From assembly GCA_964252035.1 (NCBI GenBank), contig OZ176206.1: 64,000 nucleotides of DNA. The stretch is one strand, 5' to 3'. Below are positions 36,296 to 48,200 of the stretch, piece by piece; positions within the stretch are counted from its first letter, which is position 1; each line of letters opens with the position of its first letter. The stretch is from Podarcis erhardii (Eukaryota). A program made the translations under genes and the position numbers. The notes below the pieces were generated by a model that saw nothing but the letters and a program-made list of their open reading frames with translations, had not been told where the DNA came from and did no database searches.

Positions 36296-39200
36296 ATGGG
36301 GCTCCCTATAGGGATGTGGCTCTGGCTCTGGGCCGCACAGGTCTCTTCGGAGGAATCGGAGCCCGCCTGCCTGCCCGTGGCAGGAGAGGACTGCTATCGA
36401 CTGCTCCGGTGGCCACAACCCGCCTTGGGTGCAGTGATTTTGTGCGGACGATCCCACGGCCGGCTCCTCCACACGTGGAACCAGCAGATCCAGGACGCCC
36501 TGCGCGACTGCCTGGACGACAGGAGCAAAACCTGGATCGGGGCTGCAGCAAAGGCGCTCCCAGAAGTGAGCCACCCTGGCAAAGGTGAGAGCGGGGCGGG
36601 GGCGCAGAGGCCCAACAGCAGCACCGCAGAAGAGGGGCAGCAGCAGCCAATTCCAGTATACTCTCCCGGGATGTGTGTTATTCCCCACTCAGCATCTCTG
36701 ACTCGCCCAGACGCCAAACCCCTCAGGGCAAGACCGCCACCCTCCCTACACAAGGTGGGACCACCGTCTCCTCGTGGGGATCGAGGCGGGGCAGCCAAGC
36801 TTCTCACTTCAAGGGCCCAGCCAGGCCCTGCAGACCCTTCCCTCCGTCGAGGGACCCCGCCCACCAGCGTTTCAAGGACACCCAGGGTGGCAACCATCCT
36901 CCCATGCCAAGCCCCGCTGCTGATGGCTCAGCTCTGCAGTCTGTGACAGGCAGCCAAGGAGTGGGGAGGGTTAAAAATAATAATAATAATGCAAGGCTGT
37001 CCGAGGGTTTGCTACCAGGCACTCACCCTATGCAAAGGCTCCCCTTAAACCACTTGCCACCACTGGGAGACTCTAGTCTGGAGAGGGAGCGGAGCCCTAC
37101 AGGGGGCGCTCAGGGCAGCCTCAGCCGGAAAGCCTTAGCCTAAGAAAATCCCTCAAAGGCAAACAACTGGCGGGCTGGTGCTGAGTGTGGGGTGGCGGGG
37201 AAGAGGGATAACCGTGTCTGACGGCGGCGCCTACTCTCCGCAGACCACTGCAAAGTGCTCGTCCGGAATGGGGACCAGTTCTATACCAGGAGGGAGGAGT
37301 GTGACCAGAAGCACTTTTTCATCTGCCAGTCTGGTACGTGAGTCTGCCCGCCCCCCGGGGTGGGCGTTCGTGCCCTCATTCCGCACCCACAGGGGCTTGG
37401 GCAGGGGGCCTCCAGCTTCAAAGAGCGAGAAGGACCTCGTGGCTGAGCTGAGGATGAGACTCTCTGGAAGCACGCCTCTGGAAGCACCCCCCACGAAGCA
37501 CGCCCTTTCGAGGTGGCTGCAACCCCGAGGCGGCTGGGCTGGGCCGTCGCAGGTCCTAGAACCATCCCTGCCGCCCCGGAAGGGCCGCTTCCATGAATCC
37601 TCCCGAGCTCAACCCCTTCTGCTCTCTGTCCGCTACAGGCCCCCCGAGGACGCCCCGAGAGACTTCCACGCCCTGGGTGGTAAGTTCCCGCCAAAGCAGG
37701 TGCCCGCGCAGCCGTCGAACAGGAACGGGCGAAGGCTCTCTAGGCCGCCGTCGCTGCGCAGCGCCCCCTGGGCTGACCGCAGCGCACCACCGAGCAGCCG
37801 GCCCTGGTGACTCTCTCTCCCTGTCTCCCAGAGAACGACCTGCCAGCATTTGACGTGCGGCCCGACGGAGGCGACGCCCATCCTCACCGAAGAGCCAACG
37901 GCGACTGCCCCTCTGAGCGCCCAGCCCTCCGCCGCGACTCCTCCGCCGCCCAGTGCTCCTCCAGGAAGCAGCACAGTTCGCCAGCCGACCACCGCTGACA
38001 TCCAGTCATTCCTTGGGACCAGGCCAGAACTCGGCACTCCCCGCCATCCGCCGAGCAGCCCCAAGTCGGCATCCAGCACCTGGCCAGCCAGCAACAGCAG
38101 CCAGACCCGCCCCAACTCTCAGACCTCAGCCCCAGAGCCCAGCACTCAGCCGCTGCCCACCAGCAAAACCACCCCGGGGGGTACCAAAAGGCACGAGTCC
38201 AACACCAGCCCGGACTCCTTCACCTTCAGCCCTAGAGACTTCCCCCCTGAGGACCAGGGGAAGGTAGGGAGACATCTGGACTGGCACCTGCCCCTACCCT
38301 GGTGGCACCTTGTCCAGACAGGCTCTCCTCTCTCTCGGTCCCATACCCCACACCCTGCTCCGGAGATGCCAGAAGGTGGGGGTGTTGTGTGCGTTGCAGG
38401 ATTCTTCCTTTGCACCTGGAAAAACCAACGCTGAGGTGCAGATCAAAGATGAGTGTGACTTGTATGTGATTTCCCAGGGATCCAAAGTCACTTAGTGAGT
38501 GATTTCCAGACTGGTTTTGCCCACAGCAGAAAGGGGGGCAAGTGGCTCTGGGGAGGCCTAGCTGCCTTTTCAGGTCTTCCCCCTATAGGGTAGAGGAGCC
38601 TTCTTAGAATTAGAGATTTAGCAATAAGCTCTACTTGCAGGCTCACTGACAGCATAATAGGGCAACCAGGCCCCCTTCTCCCCCACCCCCTCTCACTCAG
38701 GGTCTTCCCACAGGCCCTAGAGAAGGTGCTGCACCAGTTCAGCCAGGCTGTGCAGACCCCAGACCACCCTATGGCACTGGAGCAGGCAGCCCGGATGCTG
38801 GAGAATTTGACAAATTTCCATGCTCTGCTTTCAGACGATGCCCAGGTACTGGCATGTGGCAGGGAGGGAAGGAGGGTGGGTGGGTGGCACCCCTGATCTA
38901 AGGGTCTGTCCCCTGCGGCCTATTCTCCCAGTCCTTGGTTGAACCAGGCTCTACCCAGGCTATGTACAGAGGCAAGCCTACCGCTTGGCACAGCCAGCCT
39001 CGCCCTTGCACCCCCAAATCAGCCCCACCAGATGATCAGCCCTGCCTTGTTCCTACAGGCCTCTGCCAGCCAGGCACTCCTCTCCCTGAGCTCTCAGCTA
39101 CTGAGGGACCACCCTGCCAGCAATACCTCCTGCCTAGACCTCGCATCACAGGCTCTTTTCCAGGCCCTCAGCAACCTCCTCCAAGCCTCAGGCAGCCAGA

Positions 39201-42200
39201 CACCCAGCTTCGGCCCGCAACAGGTGGGGGAGAAAGAGGACCTGCAGGGGTCGGGTGGAGGAGGCTATTCTGACCTGCTCCTTCCTCCTTCACTCTTTCC
39301 CAGGCCAGCAGAAGGATGGGGTTGCCAGCTCAGGCCTGCTGCATGGCTGGGTCTCATTCTGAAGGCACTCCCTTTTGTCAAGGCCTTCCCATTGCTCTGA
39401 GCCCATGGGAAGGGAGCTGAGCTTCCCGGCTCCCCACCCTGGCTCTGCCCAGCTCCTGACCACACCTGGCCTTTCTGCAGCAGGAACCAAAGGTCCTGGA
39501 AACAGCATTGGAAGCCCTTCCTCTGATCCAGACGGGGCTCCTGTTGGGAAGCTCCACCATGGAGGAATCCACAGTAACTGTGGTGTCTCCTGTGCTCAGC
39601 ACCACCCTCAGCAGGTACCAGTCTCCTCTCTCCTAGGCACTGAAGAAGGGGGGGGGGGGGCTTGCTCAGGGCAGCTGGGGAACTGAATGAATTGTTTGGT
39701 TGCCAATTACGCAAAGTAAGACATTGTTCAGAGAATGCATCTTGGTTAGGGGACAGACTTTTATGAGTTACAATCTCACACACAGGGATGTCTGTAGTTA
39801 AGATAAATAATAAAGGAGTCTATTACATTATTTTTAAAATTATTACTACATTTATAACCCACTTTTTCTCCAAAAAGCTCAGGATAGCTCACAGACTTCT
39901 CCTTTTTTCCATCTTATTCTCATAACAACCCTGCGAGGTTGGTTGGAGCTGAGAGATAGTGACTGGCCCAAAGTCACCCATTGGGTTTCATGGCTGAGGG
40001 GGCATTTGAACCCTGGTCTCCCACGTCCATGTCTCGCACTCTAACCACATAGTTGGGTAGAAAAGTTCCAAGTTCTAGCCTAACAAGTCTGTACTAGAGC
40101 ATGGTAGCCATGCTGGCTCCTGTCTTATCTCAGAGGATAATTCTTCTTGGAGAGAGAAATGTGAGAGCAGGAAGTTGTGAAACAGAGTGCAGCCTGAGAA
40201 TATCAAAAGAGATAGAGAGGTGAGCTGAAGAGGTTAATGACACAAAGGTAGTCTGGGAATCTGGAGGTCTCGAACTCTGTTCTATCTGTCCTAACCTACG
40301 CAAGACCCCTCTTCTGAAAATGGAGTTGCACTCAAACTTTCAACAGTAACCCCTCTCCTCACTCCCTACCAGGTGTGACAAAGCCTCCCTGCCCCATGCT
40401 TCCTTCCACCTGCTTCAGCCAAGGGGCATGAATGTAACCTTCCCATCCAGCTCTGCTCTGGAGCCAGTTCTGAGCCAGCACCCTCAAGTACAAGTCCAGG
40501 TAAGGTGGTAGTGGCTTGCTGTCCACTGGGTCCTTGTAGGGGGACATAGTGCAGGGCTGGCAGGGCGTGGAGATGGGGCAGAGGGCACCCCCACAGCTCG
40601 CTCTTGCTCTCATCTTCACTCTAGGTGGCCTCCTTTGCATTCAATCCTTTCCGGCACCTGGATGGGAAGCCGATCAAAAGGACGGCAAGTGTCGCTCTCA
40701 TGGCCAGCAAAGAGTCCATCGGTGTCCACAATCTTGCAGAGGAAATAGAGGTGAGAATTGATACTGTACTGGAAAGTTCTCTCATCAGGGGACTCTTCTC
40801 TCAGCACCCAAGTGGCATGGAGAAGCAGCACTGTCCAAGGTCCAGCTCTGGATCAGAGATAAGCACTTTGTGCTGTATGGCCTGATGGGAGACAATATGT
40901 GCTCAAGGACCAGTGGGGGGATGGACGGACTGCAGGGCTGACCATAGGCATTCTGTCTGCTTCCAGATTGGGCTCAGTGCTGAGGCTAGTGCTGAGGCCC
41001 CTCACACTCACTTGACTGGCAACGTCAGGAACTTTGACATTGTGGTAAACATCACATCAGTAGAGGATGCCCTGCTAGTATCGGTGGAATCCAGCACAGT
41101 GGTCCAGATCACCTTGCACCTGGGCCTCCAACCTGAGCCCAACAAGAACAGCAGTCTCCTCAACACCACCCTGCCCAGCAGCGGATGGCAAGGGGGTGAG
41201 GACTTGTTAGAAGGAAGCTAGAGGGCAGGTGCTGCTTTGGGACTTCCTATTGGAGCATCTGATTGACATCTAGGAGAATAGTGATGGACCAGAATGGTCA
41301 TTGGCCTGATGTAGCAGGTTCTTCTTATGCTCATACATACAACACAATGCTGCATGTATCCCCTTAAAAGTAAGTCTCATTGGAGTTCAGTGAGGTAACT
41401 CTCAGGTAAGTGGGCATAGCTTTGAGGTGTTAACTTCACCGGCTGTTCTGGGTTTCAGCCATAAGACATGACCTGTATGGCAGGCTTCCTCAAACTCGGC
41501 CCTCCAGATGTTTTGAGACTACAATTCCCATCATCCCTGACCACTGGTCCTGCTAGCTAGGGATCATGGGAGTTGTAGGCCAAAAACATCTGGAGGGCTG
41601 AGTTTGAGGAAGCCTGCTATATGGGAACAATTTACCTCTATAAATAAAAAGGGAAAGTTGCAAAAGCATACAGATTGAATCAGCTGTGTTTCAATTATTT
41701 AATTGCCCATTAAATTCATTTAATTGCAAATTAACATGGTGTAGTGGTCAGATTTGCACTGTGGGAAACATCAATGGGAAATTTGATTTAAATCGCTTAG
41801 TTAAATCAGCCCGTTGCTTCATTTACATAATTGATCAAACCACTTTGATTTAAATCTGTGCACCTGGGAGTAGGCACAGAGGGAGGAGCTTGGGCCAGGC
41901 AGGACTGTGTCCCCCAGTGGGGGAAGGTGTGGGTGAGGTCAGTGCGTGTGGTCCCTCTTTGCTCTCTTTGACTCACTGCTCTTGCTTCAGAGGGTACCTA
42001 CACATGGGTGATTCCTCCAGAGGAGCTGCAGCATCATGGCCTGGGCACCTACTACATCTCTGCAGAGGTGGCTCCCCTCTCTCAGGGCCCCTGGAACCTC
42101 TCCATTCACACCATCATCTCCGGATGCTACTACTGGTCCAGCCAGCATCAGGCCTGGAGAACTGATGGATGTCGGGTATGCAGTAGGGTCAACCAGGCCA

Positions 42201-45200
42201 GAGGGCTGTTGGGCAGGCAAGCAAGCCTTTGCTTCCATGCTGGGAGGGAAAAAAAAGTAGGGCAGAATGTCATGGGGAACCAAATGGAGCAGAACTTTGG
42301 GGACCTCATCCTCCTGTGTTGGTTTCTAATGCATCAGTGCCTCCCTCCCAGGTGGGCTCCCAAAGCACCCTCCATAGCACCCAGTGCTTGTGCAACCACC
42401 TCACCTTCTTTGGGTGCATCGCCTTGGTCCTGCCACACCTGATTGACCTTCACAACACTGCAAAGCTCCTGAGCACTGTGGGCCAGAACCCTTCCGGGCT
42501 GGCCTTGCTAAGCAGCTTGTTGCTGGGCTATGGAGTTGCCCTTGTTTGGGCTCAATGGAGACAGAGAACGGATGTTAAGAAGGTGAGGGGAAAGGACAAG
42601 CAAAAGATTTATGATGGTTGTTTGGGGTTATTAGCATTTCAAGGCCAGAGACACTCCCCCCATCTGCCCTCATTCAGGCCATTCTTGTCTGATGTGCTGA
42701 AATGAGGAACAATGAGATATTTATCCAGCAAACAGCTGAGAGCCAGACACCCTAGAAAAGCCGACTTGCTGAAGTGGGGCTTGGCCATTTCTAGGGCCAC
42801 CCACCCCATGTGTGTTTCTCCCCCCTCCAGGTGAAGGTCACAATCCTAGCAGATAATGAGGCCACCGCCTGCTTCCCTTACCTGGTGCAAGTCTTCACAG
42901 GCTACCGCCGAGGGGCTGGGACCTCTGCTAAGGTAGGGGAGGGTCTCACTTTCCTGCAGGCCCACTTTGTACTGTTGATGCTACAAGTGCTGCCCATCAA
43001 GTTCTGTGACCTCAGGCTCCTGCCCACAGAATCTGGGCCGAGTCTGGCAGATCTCTCCCTATCGGGGAGTGGGTGTGTGGGGTCCAGGCTTCTGTGTGAC
43101 TGGCAGCATGCAAAAGCCTGTCTTTGATGACATCCTTCATGTGCTCCCTGCTTGGGCAAGGAACTGAGGAAAGGAAGCAATCCATGAACCCCACCCAGCA
43201 CCCACCCTCTTTTCCCTTTCCTTGATTAACCCCTTCTCCCTCCTTGGCTTGAGGTTATCCTGACCCTCTATGGGGCAGAGGGCCGGAGTGAGCCACACCT
43301 GCTACAGCACCCCCAGGGGCCCTCCTTTGAGCGAGGTGGGCGGGATGCCTTCCTCCTTGCCACTCAGAAGTCCCTGGGCAACCTCCACGCCATCCGCCTT
43401 TGGCACGACAACACTGGGCCCAACCCCAGCTGGTAAGTCCATGGCCCAGCGAGGGCTGAGGGTGGGGGCTGAGAGGGTGGGGTTAGAGTGAACCAGACTG
43501 CAAATGGATGCCAGGCAAGGAGGAGGTTGGAAGCACACAACTGGCGTGGGAGAGTCCGTTGGCAGCACCAGACCTTATCAGGTGCTAGTAGGCGAAGGGA
43601 CACTGCAGCTGGCATACCTAGTCCTCCCATGCCATGGGGTTGTGCTGCCAGGACCTGGATACATGCAGAATTCCCAGGTCCTCAAAGATACCTCCTTTCA
43701 AGCCTATGCTGAAGAAATTCACAACATCCCTGTCCAACTGTAGCAAAACTAGCTGCAGGTCAGTTGGACATTTCAGGGGGACGATGGAACTGTGGCATGT
43801 CTTGTCCCACCCAAGGTTTATGCTCACCATGTTAAAGGCCAGCTTTGGCTCCAGAGGCCACATTGTCATGTAAAATAATGCATTATGACCCACCTTTGGT
43901 CTGAACCCCCAAACATAAAGGATACATCAGGGAGGGAATACCTTTCCATCTCCAGTCTTTTCCCAAAGCTGCTGGGCAAACGACGCTTTATGTATAGGTT
44001 AACTTGGAGCAAAGCTTCCTTGTGCTTGAAGGAAGCCACATGCAGCTCTCTGCTTTGGCAAGGTGATGAGGGCAGAAGGAAAAGATCCCCACTGCTTCCC
44101 TTTAACCTGCAGCTCTTGAGTGATGGGGGAGTGGGGGCACATCCCTTGGCTGCAGCTAATGGGCACCACATGACTGCTTGGCAGTGCCACCCATGTGTGG
44201 GCAAATGACTGAAAGGCCTGAGCCTCCTGCAGGTTTGTGAGGCGGCTGGTTGTCTGTGACCTGCCTGCCAAGAAGAAGTGGCATTTCCTGTGTGACTCTT
44301 GGCTGGCAGCTGACCTGGATGACGGCCATGTGGATAAAGTCTTTGCTGCTGCCTCCGAGAGGGATCTCCTGTCTTTCAGGTAAATATGAGCCCCACCCAC
44401 CCACCACCTGCCAGTTTGTGGCGTCTCTGGAATGTGTTTTTGTCCTTGGGGTGTTTCTGCCCCTGATTTACCCAACAGGTACCTTGCCTTTGACTGAATT
44501 ATACTAAGAACACCTGTGTGAAAAAGCAATAATCAGACATCAAAAAATAAAAGTCAGGGAACGGCAGGCTCTGTCCCAGAATCTGCTTGGAATGACAAAT
44601 CTCAGACCCAGTGCAGAAAGTTCCTTTGACTATACACAGAGAGGGCCTTTCTCTCCCACCCATCTGGGAGTTGGGTCTTCCTTCCAGGTCAGAGAGTGTG
44701 ATGCAGCTTCCAGCTCCTCTTCATTCAGAAATTAGGTGCAGTAGGAAAGGTCCCACCCTGCTCCTGGCCCTTGACCCTCTCTGGCTCAGCCCCCACCAAA
44801 TACATCTCTTATCCCACTTCACCAGGTACCAGTTCTGGTCAGGGCTGGTGGACAAATTGACGCAGGAGCACCTGTGGCTGTCGGTGGTGACCTGCTCGCC
44901 CTGGAGCCCCTTCACCCGTGTGCAGAGGCTCTCCTGCTGCCTGGCCCTCCTCTGCTGCACCTTCCTCATCAATATCATGTTCTGGAGAAAAGAGGCAGCG
45001 TCCAGAAGCCCCGAGGCTGGTGAGTCAGCTGCCAGCTGGAGGCTAGCATAGCCAGTGCCTTTCCTTGTCCCCCACCCCAACATGATGCAGGTGGGCGCTG
45101 GGCTGGGGGCAGGTGAGTGGGTGGGGTAGGGAAGAGGCTGGTTTCCCACCACTTGCCATGGCTCACAGCCCCCAAGGCAGAGCCCTAAAGAGTCCTGTAT

Positions 45201-48200
45201 TTTTGCTCCTGTCCCCATGCTCCACCTTCCATGCATAGGGCTTGTATGTCTCTAAGTAGCGCTGAGGATTCTAAGCTTCACAATGGAGCTGGGTGTCCCC
45301 CTTTGGACACCGCCCAGCATTTTTGGCATTGAAACTGCCTCAGCCACAGCAGTGATCCTTTTGGCCACCCCCTCCTGACTGAAGGTCTCTGTCTGCCCCT
45401 CCTCTCTCCCCCCCTGCTCCCGAGACAGGGCCTTTTATGGTGACTTGGCACGAGCTGCTGGTGAGTGTGGAAACAGCCATCTTCCTAATGCCAGTGAGCC
45501 TACTGATCAGCCACATCTTCCAGCTGGTCCAGCCTCCAGCCCCAAAGCCTCCGGCTGCCAGCTCCGAACTCCTGCAGACTGTGATGCCCCCCAAGCAGGT
45601 GATGCCCATCACACGAGTCAAGCAGGTGAGACCCCCTCCTCACAAGTCCCTCCAGTCAGCAAGAGGTTCTGAGCGGTCAGCCTCCGCCCTGATGGGTGCT
45701 TGGCACTCTTGCCCTGCTCTCTCCATTGCAGGAGCTGGAGGAGACCCTGGGCTTCCTCTACAAGAACAGCCTCTGCCAGTGCAGAGCCATGGACAAGTTC
45801 CCTGGGACTTGGGAGCAAGTACCAGAGCTTGTGGCTGCTCTGTGTGACCTCATTGAGTCCCACCTCCAGCACCAGAAGGACCTGGAAGGTCCCCCTCAGG
45901 GTAAGAGTAGCTTGCCTTGGCAACGGATGCAAATACCACTCCCTTCCTCTCAGACAGAGAGTGCGCCACCCTTCCTCATGCTCTGTGCACCAGCTTGCAC
46001 CTTTGGGGAGCTGAGCAACCCTTGACTCAATTGGAAAAAGGAGGGGGAATTAAGGCTCTGGAGGGTGAGAGTGATTCCTCTTTGTACTTGTTTCCAGAGA
46101 GGTGCTTCAACCTCCACAGCTACCTGAGCCATGTGCTGAATGACTTGGGGACTCAGCTCTGCAGCCTGGATTTGTGCAGCTTCCCTAACCCCTATGACCA
46201 TCTGCATGCAGTGGACCAACTACGAAGAGTCCAGCAGCACCTGGAGCAGCAGCAGGCCCAGCCCTGGCCCAGCCCTGAGGGGCCTGGCAGGTAGCCCCCA
46301 TCCGGAAGCTCCGCTCAACTATCTCTTCCCCACTCTCCTGGCCCCATTTACTGGTAAAATTTGGCAGAGATTGCTCCAAACCCAAAATAATACTTGGGGA
46401 ACAAGATCCTCATTTGTAAGCCACTGTGAAACTCTGTGGCATCTACTGTACACACCCTACGTATGTATACAAAGAAACACACCTAGCTAAGGTCAAAGTT
46501 CCTTCCATGAAATAGCTTGCAGGAAGAAACTAACCAGATGTCTTCACACTCCAGGGAATGCCTTCAGGGGCTGGGCGAGGAGGCAGGTCACAGTTACAGG
46601 AGATAGAAGTTACCCCCCCCCCCCAGGACTCACCAGTGAGGATGGGGGTCACATATGCAGCAGAGCATTCAAATGTGACCCAGAAACAGAGTGAGGCAAC
46701 AGCACAAGGTCACCACCGCAGTCGAGTTCAGGCAAGGTACAATGCAGCAAGGCAGGGCGATGAGAATCAGGAAATAAGGCACCAGAGACCCGTATTATTT
46801 CCTGCAACTAGAAGGCTCACTAGGGAGGCTTTATATACTCTTGTCTCCTAAACTACACTCAACCACAGCCACTGACTGCTTCCTCACAAGCAGACTGCCA
46901 CCTCTGATTCCTGAGACTGGCAGGGGGAGCTGTTCCACCTCCTGTTCTGACAGTTCCAGGAGTTTTTCATCAGGTACTAACCTGGAGGGCCCCTGGATCT
47001 ATAGAGTATCTGGTTCATCTTCAGAGGACTCCGTGTCTGGTCCCGTGTCACACACAGACCCAAAGCCAGCCAGTTTTCCCAGCCCACCCAATAATGGTCT
47101 TTTTCTTAACTGCCTCTTGCTTTTTCTGCTTGGTCTGTGGGACATTTGCCCTCCCCACTGCGCAGTTCCCTCCCTCCACTGGTGTTCCCAAAGGCTGAGG
47201 TGCCATTTATTCTCCTGTCTCTGTGTCTCAGGCCCACCGGGCCCAGGAGCGAGCTCAGCAGTTTCCCACTTGAAGACCCTGACAAGGAGAGGCCACCGTT
47301 CTCCCACTGTCTCCCCGGGAGATTCAGCTTCGCTTGCTGGCTCACAGTGGGGAGCATCAGCCTGGTTTCAGCCTTCTTCACAGTGCTCTACAGCCTAGAA
47401 ATGAGCAGGGACGAGGCTGGGCACTGGGCCATCAACATCCTGCTCTCAGTGCTACAGAACATCTTTGTAATGCAGCCCCTGAAGGTAACTTGGTCCTATC
47501 TGGGGTGCAGCTAACCTCTCCCCACACCCTTGCCAGAACCAGCATCTCCCCTCTTCTCCCTGCCTCTACAAATGTCTTTGGTGTTCTGTGATTCTGCAGC
47601 AACACAGAAGGGTCAGAGGTCTGCAAGGATCCTCAGACCCCACCTAAGTCCAGACTCTGGGTTTAATGCTTGTCCATCTCTCCCCCAATCTGCACTGGTA
47701 ATGTGTGTAATGTTACTAACCATTTGTGGTGGGGCACCTCCTGCTTATTCTGCTAAGGGGGCCCCAGACACATGCCCTGTGGGCCCCCCCCCCAATGGCA
47801 ACCCTGTTCTCCCTCCTTCCCAGGTGTTGGCTCTGACCTTCCTCTTCTCACTGCTGCACAAGAGGGAGTTGTGGAAGGACAAGGGGCAGGAGCAGCAGCT
47901 CTGGTGGGCCCTGGGCCTCGTCACAGGTAATTCAAGCTCTCCAACCCCACCCCACCCCGCGCCTCCATCTGCAATGCTCGATAGGGCATCTGCCTAAGCG
48001 GCCTCTGACCAAAGGGGGCCTTTTTCCTCTTGCTTGGGACTGACTCTAGCTTTCCTCTCCCTCTAGCAAGGGGCCTACAACTGGAAGCTTATGGGCGGGG
48101 AGACTGGGCAGACCCAGCTTACAGACCCCCTGCCCTCCAGCCAATGGTGCGGCTAAAGGAACGAGCCTTGAAAGACGAGAAGTTGTACTCCTTGATCAGA

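Noticed and set aside
36693-36886. Two possible extra PKD1L3 exons (36693-36754 and about 36814-36886) that would preserve phase
   Set aside because: They need a roughly 59-nt intron and show no lectin similarity; exon 1 joins 37244 in phase without them
48067-48071. Cryptic AAG acceptor that would put the paralogue donor at 33939 in frame with PKD1L3
   Set aside because: A weak AAG lying 4 nt behind a good TAG acceptor is unlikely to be used
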